Of a DNA stretch of 64,000 bases, positions 1-9,841 are shown piece by piece. A program made the position numbers and the translations under genes. The stretch is taken from positions 7,626 through 71,625 of the forward strand of contig JBDVLX010000174.1 in NCBI GenBank assembly GCA_039970455.1, given 5' to 3'. This stretch comes from Marinomonas sp. Lineage in GTDB: Bacteria > Pseudomonadota > Gammaproteobacteria > Pseudomonadales > Marinomonadaceae. Position 1 is the stretch's first letter. Each line of letters begins with the position of its first letter. The notes under the pieces were generated by a model. It ran no database searches. It was not told the DNA's origin and saw nothing but the letters and a program-made list of their open reading frames with translations.

Positions 1-215
1 AACTGGATCGCCTTGCCACACACACCAAAGAAGTCCGCCGTCAGCTCAAACAAAAAGGCCCAATCGGCCGCCGCCTCGACTTCTTAATGCAAGAACTCAA
101 CCGCGAAGCCAACACCTTGTCCTCCAAATCCATCGTCGTCGAAACCACACAAAGCGCCGTGGAACTGAAAGTCTTGATCGAACAAATGAGAGAACAGATA
201 CAGAATATTGAGTGA
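1..215 (+). CDS. yicC: YicC/YloC family endoribonuclease, 3' end only (partial)
   Basis: Frame starting at nt 3 reads LDRLATHTKEVRRQLKQKGPIGRRLDFLMQELNREANTLSSKSIVVETTQSAVELKVLIEQMREQIQNIE*, the characteristic YicC C-terminus; TGA at 213-215. Confidence 0.93.
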   Translation, partial: LDRLATHTKEVRRQLKQKGPIGRRLDFLMQELNREANTLSSKSIVVETTQSAVELKVLIEQMREQIQNIE

Positions 216-243
216 TAATTTGGAGTAAAAAGGCTCTTCAGCG

Positions 244-463
244 TTAGAACAAACCAATATCGCGATGCCTTTGCACTTTACTCAGTATTTGCCACATCGA
301 TGGTGAGAGCGCTTTATAGAAAGGGTTCGAGTTTCCTGCGCTTAGAGTACGAATAACGTTGAGCTTCTGAATGGGTTTAAAACTCATCTTTTAATACCTC
401 GTCAATACTCGTTGGCTGTACAGCACGATGACTCACTTGAGTGAGTTGGTACGGTCGATCTAG
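244..463 (-). pseudogene. Probable relic of a hipB-like antitoxin/hipA toxin pair (antitoxin C-terminus at 377-463, toxin N-terminus starting at 387)
   Basis: The minus strand reads LDRPYQLTQVSHRAVQPTSIDEVLKDEF* (no start codon). It overlaps an ATG at 387, preceded by GAGGT, that opens the 47-aa ORF MSFKPIQKLNVIRTLSAG... (244-387). Both resemble recalled XRE-antitoxin C-termini and HipA N-termini; not database-verified. Confidence 0.5.
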
Positions 464-466
464 TCA

Positions 467-1849
467 TCAGCATTCAATGACATTAACCGCGAGTCCGCCT
501 CGTGAGGTTTCTTTGTATTTGTCGTTCATGTCTTTACCTGTTTCGCGCATGGTGGCGATGACTTTATCCAGTGAGACGTGATGTTGGCCGTTGCCGCGTA
601 GTGCCATTGACGCTGAGTTGATGGCTTTCATGGCGGCCATGGCGTTGCGTTCGATACAAGGTACTTGAACTAACCCGCCAATGGGGTCGCAAGTCAGTCC
701 GAGGTTGTGCTCCATGCCGATTTCCGCGGCATTCTCAATTTGCTCTGGAGTGCCTCCCATGGCGGCTGCCAATCCAGCGGCGGCCATGGCACAAGCGGAA
801 CCCACTTCGCCTTGGCAACCGACTTCAGCACCAGAAATAGAGGCATTTTCTTTGAATAACACACCAATGGCAGTGGCGGTTAAGAAAAAGTCGATCACCC
901 CTTGATGGTTGGCCTGTGAGCAAAATTCTGTGTAATAGTGCAACACGGCTGGAATAATCCCCGCTGCACCGTTGGTTGGTGCGGTGACAACGCGTCCACC
1001 AGCGGCATTTTCTTCGTTAACGGCCAACGCATAAAGGTTGACCCAATCCATCGCACCCAAAGAAGGTGTGATCAGATGCATGGCAGATTTATTCGATAAG
1101 TCATGATACAAGCTAGCAGCGCGACGCTTCACTTTTAACCCGCCAGGTAAAATGCCTTCTTGTTGAATCCCTTGCTGAACACAGGCTTGCATCACGGACC
1201 AAATATTTAAAATACCGGTTTTTATGCCCTCAACTGAGCGCCACGCTAATTCATTATCCATGACAATTTGAGCAATACTTTTGCTCTCTTGTTTACAGAG
1301 CTGTAATAAAGCTTCAGCGCTATGAAAAACATAGGGAATGGATGTTTGATCTTCAACGATGGCAACCTTGCCTTGCGCGTCTTCTCCGACAATAAAGCCA
1401 CCACCAACCGAATAAAAGGTAGCGCTATGAAGTTCCTGTGCCTCTTGATCGAACGCTTTTAATGTCATGCCGTTGGCGTGGAAATCGAGTCGTTCAACTC
1501 TATGATAAATAAGGTCTTTATCTACCGTCATGGTAATCGGAAATTGACCCAATAGATGCAGCTGAGAGCATGCTTTAATGTGCGCTTCCCGTTCGCTCAC
1601 AGGCGCTGGATCAATGCTTTCTGGCATGTCGCCCTCTAAGCCCATTAATACCGCTGTGCCTGTTCCGTGGCCTTTGCCCGTTGCACCAAGAGAACCATAT
1701 AAATCCACGGTAATACGATGAGTATCGGTGAGTAAGCCTTGTTCTTTGAGTTGGTGGGCAAATCGGTTAGCGGCAATCATAGGGCCAACCGTATGAGAAC
1801 TGGAAGGTCCAATTCCTATTTTAAAGAGGTCGAATAAGCTAATGGCCAT
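467..1849 (-). CDS. sdaA: L-serine ammonia-lyase (Fe-S dependent L-serine dehydratase)
   Basis: [22 protein letters not shown]-terminus, [41 protein letters not shown]; start placed at ATG 1849 (MAISLF). Confidence 0.97.
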   Translation of the reverse strand: MAISLFDLFKIGIGPSSSHTVGPMIAANRFAHQLKEQGLLTDTHRITVDLYGSLGATGKGHGTGTAVLMGLEGDMPESIDPAPVSEREAHIKACSQLHLLGQFPITMTVDKDLIYHRVERLDFHANGMTLKAFDQEAQELHSATFYSVGGGFIVGEDAQGKVAIVEDQTSIPYVFHSAEALLQLCKQESKSIAQIVMDNELAWRSVEGIKTGILNIWSVMQACVQQGIQQEGILPGGLKVKRRAASLYHDLSNKSAMHLITPSLGAMDWVNLYALAVNEENAAGGRVVTAPTNGAAGIIPAVLHYYTEFCSQANHQGVIDFFLTATAIGVLFKENASISGAEVGCQGEVGSACAMAAAGLAAAMGGTPEQIENAAEIGMEHNLGLTCDPIGGLVQVPCIERNAMAAMKAINSASMALRGNGQHHVSLDKVIATMRETGKDMNDKYKETSRGGLAVNVIEC

Positions 1850-1869
1850 GCTAATACCTTTTGTATTCA

Positions 1870-2784
1870 CTAGTTTGCATGGAAGTCTCGCATCCATAAT
1901 TGCAAATGTTTAAGCAGCGCCAATGGGGCTTCCGTTAACTGTCGACCAAGACGCGTTGCAATGTGCACTTCGCCAGTAGAAAGTACGGGATCTTCAATAG
2001 GCAATGAGACCACTTGCTGGTCGTCTAATTCTCGACGCACGACAAACTCAGGTAAGATGGTGACGCCCATATTCGATCGCACGAATTCTTTTAGCAGGGC
2101 AAAGGAATTTACCTTCATTGCAGGATTGAGCCTGACTCTATGCTTAAATTCGGCTACGGCGATCAATTGGCGAACACCAAACTCTTTTTCTTGCAGTACA
2201 AGTCGATAAGGCATTAAGTCTTCTAAATGTATTGGTCTGTCTAACTCAATCAAAGGATGGTTTGGTGGCACAATGGCACATAATGGATGCAAGGAAACTT
2301 CATGAGAACGCAATTTGTGATGTTGTGGTGGATGAAACAACACACCAATGTGAGCTTCATCCTCTTCCACTTTCCGAATTAATTCACTGGAGCCTGCCAC
2401 GTGTATAGTCAGTCGCAAATCTGGGTAGATCTTCTGGAATTCTGGCAACACGGATGTCATCAATTCGCCAATAAAACCTTCACCAATCGCCAGTGTGATG
2501 CTTCCTGATTTGAGCCCTTTTAATGACCTTAAATCCGCGAGATAACTTTCCTCATTGGCGACGGCTTCACGATAATATCTAAGCAGTAACTCCCCCGCTT
2601 CCGTTGGACACACGCCTTTGCGATGACGCTCAATTAAAATACAAGAAAGCTCTTCTTCTAGCAGGGTGATTTGGCGACTTATGGCCGACGGTGCGACGCC
2701 CAGTTTATCGGCAGCAGAACGAATCGTGCCTAACGACACCGCTTCATAAAAATACGCCAAGCGTTTGGCATTAATTTCTTTCAT
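1870..2784 (-). CDS. LysR family transcriptional regulator
   Basis: N-terminal HTH GTIRSAADKLGVAPSAISRQITLLEEEL plus substrate-binding domain; ~304 aa from ATG 2784. Confidence 0.95.
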   Translation of the reverse strand: MKEINAKRLAYFYEAVSLGTIRSAADKLGVAPSAISRQITLLEEELSCILIERHRKGVCPTEAGELLLRYYREAVANEESYLADLRSLKGLKSGSITLAIGEGFIGELMTSVLPEFQKIYPDLRLTIHVAGSSELIRKVEEDEAHIGVLFHPPQHHKLRSHEVSLHPLCAIVPPNHPLIELDRPIHLEDLMPYRLVLQEKEFGVRQLIAVAEFKHRVRLNPAMKVNSFALLKEFVRSNMGVTILPEFVVRRELDDQQVVSLPIEDPVLSTGEVHIATRLGRQLTEAPLALLKHLQLWMRDFHAN

Positions 2785-2888
2785 CTTGCTGACCTTAGTA
2801 ACTGTGGAGACGCAAACTACACTATAGAAGAAAAAAGGCATCTAACTTAGGGAGAAAGATGCCAATGGGAGGCGAACTCAGACAAACC

Positions 2889-4049
2889 TTATTTAAGTGG
2901 TAATTGATCTTTCACTAAAGCGCACCAAAACTCGATGGCGCCACCGATCACTTTGTCGTTGAAGTCGTAATGCGGATTATGCAATGACACAGAATCGCAC
3001 TCGCTTTCATCAACTCCTAACCAGAAATACGCACCAGGGCACTCTTCTAACATACAAGCAAAGTCCTCCGACGCCATAGACGGTGGAATATTGTGATGAG
3101 CGTGAGCTTCGCCGCATTGCTTTTTCGCAATTTCGTGGACGATTACCGCGTTTTTCGGTGTATTTACCGTGACTGGATAGCCTTTTTTATAGGTCATCTC
3201 GACACTCAGACCAGGTGCGCTGTTGTAGCTTGCCACGTATTCTGTCATCAGTTTTTCGACTTGCAAACGCACTTCTCTGTTCAAGCAGCGCACCGTTCCT
3301 TTCAAGGAAGCGGTTTCTGGGATCACGTTCATGGCTTCGCCGCTATTAAACATGGTCACACTGACAACCGCGGATTCCAGTGGCGACACATGACGAGAAA
3401 CAATGGTTTGCAAGCGCAATACGAGTTCCGATGCCGCAACAATCGGATCCACGCCCATGTGAGGCATCGCCGCATGACAACCAACGCCTGTCACTGTGAT
3501 TTCAAATGTATCTAGCGACGCCATCATAGCGCCATCATTTACAGCCACATCGCCAGCGGGCAGTCCTGGCCAATTATGCAGACCATAAATCGCGTCCATC
3601 GGAAAACGTTTGAATAGGCCTTCCTCGATCATTTTTAATGCGCCACCCAGCATTTCTTCGGCCGGCTGAAAAACAAAATACACAGTTCCAGAGAAAGGTT
3701 TATGTGCGGCTAGATAACGAGCGGCACCTAACAACATGGCGGTATGACCATCGTGGCCGCATGCGTGCATGCAACCTTGGTGTTGAGACTTGTGATCCGC
3801 ATCGCCTAATTCTTGAATCGGCAACGCGTCCATGTCGGCACGTAAGCCAATCGTTGGGCCTTCGCCGTTTTTGAGCACACCCACAACGCCTGTCACACCA
3901 ATACCTGTGTGAACTTCCATGCCAAAATCCGTTAGAAGAGCAGCCACTTGCTGAGACGTTTTATGTTCTGTGAATCCCAATTCTGGACGTTGATGGAAGC
4001 CTCTACGCCATTCTATTGCTTCGGCAACCAGTTGTTTCATATCAATCAT
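2889..4049 (-). CDS. M20D family amidohydrolase (hippuricase/aminoacylase-like)
   Basis: RRGFHQRPELGF, LRADMDALP, HACGHDGH, FQPAEE, SEDF and LHNPHYDFND motifs; start placed at ATG 4049. Confidence 0.95.
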   Translation of the reverse strand: MIDMKQLVAEAIEWRRGFHQRPELGFTEHKTSQQVAALLTDFGMEVHTGIGVTGVVGVLKNGEGPTIGLRADMDALPIQELGDADHKSQHQGCMHACGHDGHTAMLLGAARYLAAHKPFSGTVYFVFQPAEEMLGGALKMIEEGLFKRFPMDAIYGLHNWPGLPAGDVAVNDGAMMASLDTFEITVTGVGCHAAMPHMGVDPIVAASELVLRLQTIVSRHVSPLESAVVSVTMFNSGEAMNVIPETASLKGTVRCLNREVRLQVEKLMTEYVASYNSAPGLSVEMTYKKGYPVTVNTPKNAVIVHEIAKKQCGEAHAHHNIPPSMASEDFACMLEECPGAYFWLGVDESECDSVSLHNPHYDFNDKVIGGAIEFWCALVKDQLPLK

Positions 4050-4175
4050 AATTATTCCATAAAACAGCAGTCTTACTGCTGAGGTGTTTAATTCCAATTA
4101 CAACAATGATTTATTAAGAGTAATGAGATGGCACCATCCAATGCGCAGCCACCTCATTAGTGACATCTAATCTAA

Positions 4176-4661
4176 CTAGGCGCCTAAAAAGGCATTTGCC
4201 ACAATAGCTGAGCCGACATAAGTACCAGTAAAAACAAGGATAGAGATGATGGCAATTTTAAATCCTGAACGCTTGAATAAATCTACTTCCATTTTCGTGA
4301 TGGCGATTGCCGCATAAGCCAAAATCGGTGTCACCATGGCAAGAAAGCTGATGCCTTTTAATTCAGCCAAAATAGGCTCAGACAAAGGCGACACAGGGAT
4401 CGTCAACAAAACACTCACCAAAGACACCCAAGCAACAGCAGGAAAACCAATGGGAATCAGCTTCGCCAAGATCAAGCCAATAACGACCATGGCATAGATA
4501 ATCAGCATAGCAGGTAGCGTTTCAATTGGGTTGATGCCTGTGCCTGCCCAGTTGCTCACTAAGCTCACTAAAGAGATCACCCCTAGAGTGATCAGGTTTT
4601 CTTTGAAGGTTAGCTTTATTTCTTTTTGGTTTTCCATTGTATTTTCTGTGCTAGAAGTCAT
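4176..4661 (-). CDS. Small membrane protein, usual partner of DUF3100 proteins
   Basis: 161 aa with 4-5 hydrophobic segments; ATG is 1 nt after the DUF3100 stop. Confidence 0.75.
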   Translation of the reverse strand: MTSSTENTMENQKEIKLTFKENLITLGVISLVSLVSNWAGTGINPIETLPAMLIIYAMVVIGLILAKLIPIGFPAVAWVSLVSVLLTIPVSPLSEPILAELKGISFLAMVTPILAYAAIAITKMEVDLFKRSGFKIAIISILVFTGTYVGSAIVANAFLGA

Positions 4662-4662
4662 C

Positions 4663-5502
4663 TTATTTAGCCTCTTCTTTGATCATGCTATCGTTTTTGC
4701 TGCTCGTTAATTTTTTGTAGAACCATTCAGAAAACGGTAACGCAACGAAGATAGCAACATACAACCCTGTCGCGTTTGTTAACAGGTTACTTGCGCCAGC
4801 AAATGCTAATAACTCATCTTTCATTGTCGGGAAAGCCGATGCCAATGTACCAGAACATGCCGCTGTCATACTGCCACTGCCAACGCCACAGGCCATGGCA
4901 AGTGCGCGTGGGTCAAACCAGCCAGTCGTAGCTAAAAAGCCTGCTAATAAAGAGAAGTAGATGGTTCCGAACATGGTGCCCATAACATACACACCCATTA
5001 CGCCAATACCTTCGTTACTTTTCAGGCCGTAGCGATCAGAAATTAACGCGATGTTAGGTTCACGAGCGATGGAAAAAGTCGCACCAATGGATTCACGACC
5101 CATTTTGAATACCAACACAGCAATCGGCATGGCGATTAGCATGGTGCCTAAGTTGCCTAATTCTTGGAAAATCATAGCGCTTCCCGCTTCCGCAATTTTT
5201 GGCAGCGCTGGGCCAATCAAGGTGCCAAATTTAGCGATGAAAGGCAGAATACCAATCACGATCAACGGCGCTGCAATGGATGCACTTTTCTTTGTCAAAA
5301 TTTTTCCCGAAAACTTAGTAATGTTTGGGTTCAAGAAAAGACACAATGCAAAGGCATAAAACAAGGGTAAGAACAGCAGCTTGGCGTTCGCCACTGGAAT
5401 GCTCTGAATACCAATCAATTCAGATAGAACAGAGATGACAGCTACAATTAAATGTAGCCGCCAGTTCAGCAGTAAGCTTAATAAGTTGGATGAGGTGTTC
5501 AT
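4663..5502 (-). CDS. DUF3100 family membrane protein (putative transporter subunit)
   Basis: 279 aa polytopic; QELGNLGTM, GATFSIAREPNIALI and LAMACGVGSGSM motifs recalled for DUF3100. Confidence 0.8.
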   Translation of the reverse strand: MNTSSNLLSLLLNWRLHLIVAVISVLSELIGIQSIPVANAKLLFLPLFYAFALCLFLNPNITKFSGKILTKKSASIAAPLIVIGILPFIAKFGTLIGPALPKIAEAGSAMIFQELGNLGTMLIAMPIAVLVFKMGRESIGATFSIAREPNIALISDRYGLKSNEGIGVMGVYVMGTMFGTIYFSLLAGFLATTGWFDPRALAMACGVGSGSMTAACSGTLASAFPTMKDELLAFAGASNLLTNATGLYVAIFVALPFSEWFYKKLTSSKNDSMIKEEAK

Positions 5503-6024
5503 TCAAGGCTCCGTTATATGTCATTTAATGAGTCATTTAATGGAACGACTTTATATGTTGCTTTTGAATTTAGTCCTTGTTGCTATTTAAGCAACGCAAA
5601 CATATCAACTTGTTTGGAGCGCCTTGAATAATCAAAGATGAGAGGAAAAACAGGGTGCGCTTTAAAAGAGCATTCGTGCATCAAATTAGGAATTTTAGAT
5701 CTTTTTTAGAATTTATTCCCATTGAACTTTCATTATTCGCGCACCATTTTCAAGCACAGTCAAAAATAGTGTGTGGCAAAAAATATTTCAGAATAGGATT
5801 TCAGGTTAATCTATATAGTCCAAAAGAATATTTATCTATGCATTTTTATTCCTATAAAATCTATACAGAACACAAACCTGCGTCATAAAAAAACACAGCC
5901 TTACATTAGTGATCGTCCAACTCTTTTAAATTAAGGTACATTTTTGGCTATGAATATTGGCACTGAACAAGGCTAAATGCGAATATAGACGAAAATAACG
6001 CAACCATGTCTGCGGGTCTTTCTG

Positions 6025-6687
6025 CTAAAACAATTGCTCAAGCTCTTCGATTACTAGAGTGCCAGCTTGTTCACGGTTGAGCAGTTCTCGCATGCGTTTT
6101 GCAACTTGTTCTGCTTTGATTGGACGGTAGCGTTTTATGATGGGGATGTACTTCAATACTGAGTACAAAGAAATGGCAAGTTGTTCACCGAATCGAAGGT
6201 TGTCGCGTTTACCTTCAAGAAAAGAAGGGCGAACAATGGCTATCTGCTTCCAATTCAAGGCTTGTAGGTTTTGTTCTAGTTGGCCTTTTAAGCGCAGATA
6301 AAAGGAAGCCGATTCATGATTGGCGCCAGCAGAGGAGATTAACGCGACTTTTTGTACGCCATTTTGGTTAGCGTATTGAGCAATCTCTGTTGGTATTTCA
6401 AAGTCCACTTTGCGCTGCGCAGACTTACTGCCAGCCTGTTTGAGTGTTGTGCCTATGCAACAAAAAAGCTCATCGCCGTGCAACAAGCTTTGCCATTGAG
6501 CGGTATCGTCAAAATCGACCAGATGTATTTGCAGCTTATTTTTTGGGTCTTGATACGTATCAGCCGCGATTTCTCGACGTACAAAAATATGAACAGTCTG
6601 ATATTTCTCATCAAGCAAAAGCTGTTGCGTCAGTTGCTTACCCACTAATCCAGTTGAGCCAATTATCAAGGCTATCTTTTGCTTCAT
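6025..6687 (-). CDS. NAD(P)-binding Rossmann-fold protein (atypical SDR, YraR/TIP30-like)
   Basis: IIGSTGLVG nucleotide-binding motif, LFCCIGTTLKQAGS, FYLRLKG, VRPSFL. Confidence 0.88.
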   Translation of the reverse strand: MKQKIALIIGSTGLVGKQLTQQLLLDEKYQTVHIFVRREIAADTYQDPKNKLQIHLVDFDDTAQWQSLLHGDELFCCIGTTLKQAGSKSAQRKVDFEIPTEIAQYANQNGVQKVALISSAGANHESASFYLRLKGQLEQNLQALNWKQIAIVRPSFLEGKRDNLRFGEQLAISLYSVLKYIPIIKRYRPIKAEQVAKRMRELLNREQAGTLVIEELEQLF

Positions 6688-6976
6688 AGTAAATCCTGTA
6701 CTTGATCGTTTTTAATATTAAGACAAAAGAGCAACTGCTCTTGTACGTTCGGCTTCTTTTATCGCGACGGTAAACTTAGCATTATATAATGCAAAAAAAT
6801 TGCGGATTCAGATAAGTACTAATAAAGTTAAGAAGATAAGCTATATTTTAGTGACTATCGTTTCATTCTGAAATCAGGCATGATTGTTTAAAATTCATCC
6901 GCTGCAAGAGTTTTAAACGGTTAATGTATAAAGGCATGACGCTTAATCTCTATTTTTCAGGGATTCTCATCGGTTA

Positions 6977-9841
6977 ATGAAAATGTTCCAAAGATTACTT
7001 TTCAGTCTACTCTTTTTTTGCGCTTCTCTGTCTCATGCGCATGAAGACCCTCTGTCTGCGTATTTTGTAGACCTTTGGACTTCTCACGATGGATTGCCTC
7101 ACAACAGCATCAGCGCCATAGCTCAAACGGAAGATGGCTATCTTTGGTTCGCGACATGGGAAGGTGTCGCTCGTTATAACGGCCGAAGTTTTATCTTGTT
7201 TGATCGAAATGAACAAACACACATGCAAGATTCAGGAAGCAAAACATTAGTCGCCGATGAGAATAATCAGCTTTGGGTTGGTGGTGCCCGTGGCAGCTTA
7301 GTCACTCGACAAGGGAAAGTTTGGCGGCCAAATGCGAGTGCCCCCGGTTTAATCAACCACGTACTTATCGACAACAGTAAGAACGTATGGATTGCCATTG
7401 AAAGCTTAGGTGTGATCTTTCGCCCCTTTATCCAAGAAGGCCAATATGGCGAGAATAAATGGTTAATCAAAGACACTAGCGCTTATCGCTTGGCAAAAAA
7501 CAGCCATGGAGTTTACGCTGGCACAGCAAACGGACTCTATCAATTAACTCCCACTTCTGCAGATAAAATCGATACCGATCTCTTCAACCGCGCAACCTAC
7601 ATATCGACTGGCAATAATGGTGACATCCTAATAGGTGCAGAGAATGGAGCCTGGCGTTGGGATGGTGAGTCTATTCACTCTTTCACAAGCGAGCTCAATA
7701 ACCAAAAAATCACTATGGTTGAACAAGACCATAATGGTTCCTATTGGTTTGGCACCATCAACAAAGGTGTCGCTCGTTTAAGCGGCGACGAGCTAGAATT
7801 TATTAGTGTGGAAGATGGTTTGCCACACAACCGTATTTTGTCTTGGTTCGAAGACATAGAACACAGCATTTGGATAGGGACCAATGGCGGCGTTATTCGA
7901 TTAAGAAAATCACTTTTCAACACGACTAGCCGAGTCTCAGGACTCATTGGTAATTACGCTAGAACCCTGTTAGAAACAAGTGACAATCGTTTGTTAGTTG
8001 GAACCAACAGCGGTTTAACCGTAATGAAAGGTGGTCATGTTGATCTCACAATACCGCCTTCTGAAGGTTTGTCTACCTTAAGCCTAGCGAAGAAAAAAGG
8101 TGGCGGAGCTTGGGTGGGAACCTATCAAAAAGGTCTTCTTAGCTGGAAAAATGGCGTCTTACAAGCAGAATTAGACGATAAGTCTGGTCTTCCTACCAAC
8201 CAAGTCAGAGCCATTTTAGAAGACAGCAATGATAACCTTTGGGTTGGGACCACTTTAGGTATCATCAAAAAATCGCCAGATGGCCAATTAGAACATATCA
8301 CCAAGCTTACTCACGGCTTATACGATGATTATGTCATGGCATTAGCAGAAGATGAGCTAGGCCAAATATGGGTTGGTACGGGTTTAGGGGCGGGGTACTG
8401 GAAAGACAACCAGTTTCATCCTCTGGATTTAAGTTCACAGGAAGGCGCCCAGTATGTGTTTGGCTTCTATCTCGAACCAGGTTACGTCTGGCTAGCCACA
8501 GACCGAGGCATTGTTCGATATAGACAATCCGATAAAAGTTTGGCACTCATCGGAAGGCCTCAAGGTTTATTAATCGATAAGTTTTTTCAGATTATAAAAG
8601 ACGACCAAGAGCACTTTTGGCTGTCCAGTAACCGCGGCATTTGGAAGATAAATTACCCTGATGCTCATGCTGTCGCAGACGGACGTCAAACAAGTATTAG
8701 CTTTGAGCATTATGATGAAAATGACGGCATGTCGAGCAGCCAAGCAAATGGCGGTTCAAACCCAGCTGCAGTAAAAACCAAAGACGGCCGAGTACACTTT
8801 GCCACCGCAGATGGTGTGGCTTCTATTCAGCCCAACAGCTTAATCCAACAAGCAAATGCGCCCTTACCTTTAATACTCGAATCGGTGAGTTTCGACTTAC
8901 ATGACATCAACCCAGAAGACGTTGTTATTGCCCCTGCAGGCACGAACCGAGTTTCCATTGCTTATGTAGGTTTGAGCTACATTATGTCTCAGCGCCTACA
9001 ATATCGTACCAAACTAGAAGGTTTTGATGACGAATGGGTGTATCGCGGCAACAAAGCTACTGCAGACTACACAAACCTTCCTCCTGGCCATTATCAGTTT
9101 TACGTCAGCGTTCGCTATCCGTACGGTGAATGGAACAAGAGCGTTCTCTTGTATGAATTCACGTTAGATCCTTTACTCTGGCAACGTAAAGACATTATAG
9201 GCATCACCTTTTTATCCATCATAATCCTCATCGGATCTATCATTGTTTGGCGAGTGAATATTCTTAAAAAGAGTGAGCTGAGACTAAAAGAACAAGTGGA
9301 AGAGCAAACTCAAACTCTGCGTTTACAATCCAAGATGTTTGAAGCGCTCTCCCAAGAAGATGCTTTAACTGGGTTGGCAAATCGCCGAGCCTTCGATGCG
9401 AATTTGAAAAGGCTTTACGAAGCGGCCAAAGCAGACAAACAAGCTCTGTATTTGGCGATTTTAGACATAGACTACTTCAAGAATATTAATGACCAATACT
9501 CCCACTTAGTGGGTGATAAGGCGCTGATTTGCTTTGCGAATATTCTAAATGAACTGGCGACCAGTAAAGATCATGTGGCTCGCTGGGGTGGAGAAGAGTT
9601 CACCATGCTTTATTTAGACGATAATCCGAAGCAGTTCTTCGATAATGTTCATCAACGCATTGAACAAAATAACTATGATCACATCGAAAAAGGCATAAAA
9701 ATTACCGCGAGCATTGGTGTGGCTGGCGGCATTCAGTTAGACGATTATGAAACCACTTTGAAGCAAGCAGATAATGCCTTGTTGAAGGCCAAACATAATG
9801 GCCGAAACAGAGTCGAGTTTTATCAAGACCCAACGTCATAA
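6977..9841 (+). CDS. Diguanylate cyclase with periplasmic two-component-regulator beta-propellers and Y_Y_Y domain
   Basis: Signal peptide, repeated DGLP/LW(F/I)GT propeller motifs, YRTKLEGFDDEW...YTNLPPGHYQF, one TM, then DALTGLANRR and RWGGEEF. Confidence 0.95.
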   Translation: MKMFQRLLFSLLFFCASLSHAHEDPLSAYFVDLWTSHDGLPHNSISAIAQTEDGYLWFATWEGVARYNGRSFILFDRNEQTHMQDSGSKTLVADENNQLWVGGARGSLVTRQGKVWRPNASAPGLINHVLIDNSKNVWIAIESLGVIFRPFIQEGQYGENKWLIKDTSAYRLAKNSHGVYAGTANGLYQLTPTSADKIDTDLFNRATYISTGNNGDILIGAENGAWRWDGESIHSFTSELNNQKITMVEQDHNGSYWFGTINKGVARLSGDELEFISVEDGLPHNRILSWFEDIEHSIWIGTNGGVIRLRKSLFNTTSRVSGLIGNYARTLLETSDNRLLVGTNSGLTVMKGGHVDLTIPPSEGLSTLSLAKKKGGGAWVGTYQKGLLSWKNGVLQAELDDKSGLPTNQVRAILEDSNDNLWVGTTLGIIKKSPDGQLEHITKLTHGLYDDYVMALAEDELGQIWVGTGLGAGYWKDNQFHPLDLSSQEGAQYVFGFYLEPGYVWLATDRGIVRYRQSDKSLALIGRPQGLLIDKFFQIIKDDQEHFWLSSNRGIWKINYPDAHAVADGRQTSISFEHYDENDGMSSSQANGGSNPAAVKTKDGRVHFATADGVASIQPNSLIQQANAPLPLILESVSFDLHDINPEDVVIAPAGTNRVSIAYVGLSYIMSQRLQYRTKLEGFDDEWVYRGNKATADYTNLPPGHYQFYVSVRYPYGEWNKSVLLYEFTLDPLLWQRKDIIGITFLSIIILIGSIIVWRVNILKKSELRLKEQVEEQTQTLRLQSKMFEALSQEDALTGLANRRAFDANLKRLYEAAKADKQALYLAILDIDYFKNINDQYSHLVGDKALICFANILNELATSKDHVARWGGEEFTMLYLDDNPKQFFDNVHQRIEQNNYDHIEKGIKITASIGVAGGIQLDDYETTLKQADNALLKAKHNGRNRVEFYQDPTS

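Noticed and set aside
3093-3515. 140-aa plus-strand ORF
   Set aside because: It is the antisense shadow of the M20 amidohydrolase, with no RBS or recognisable motif.
5655-5888. 77-aa GTG-start ORF in the intergenic region
   Set aside because: AT-rich promoter-like DNA with no convincing RBS and no family features; likely chance.
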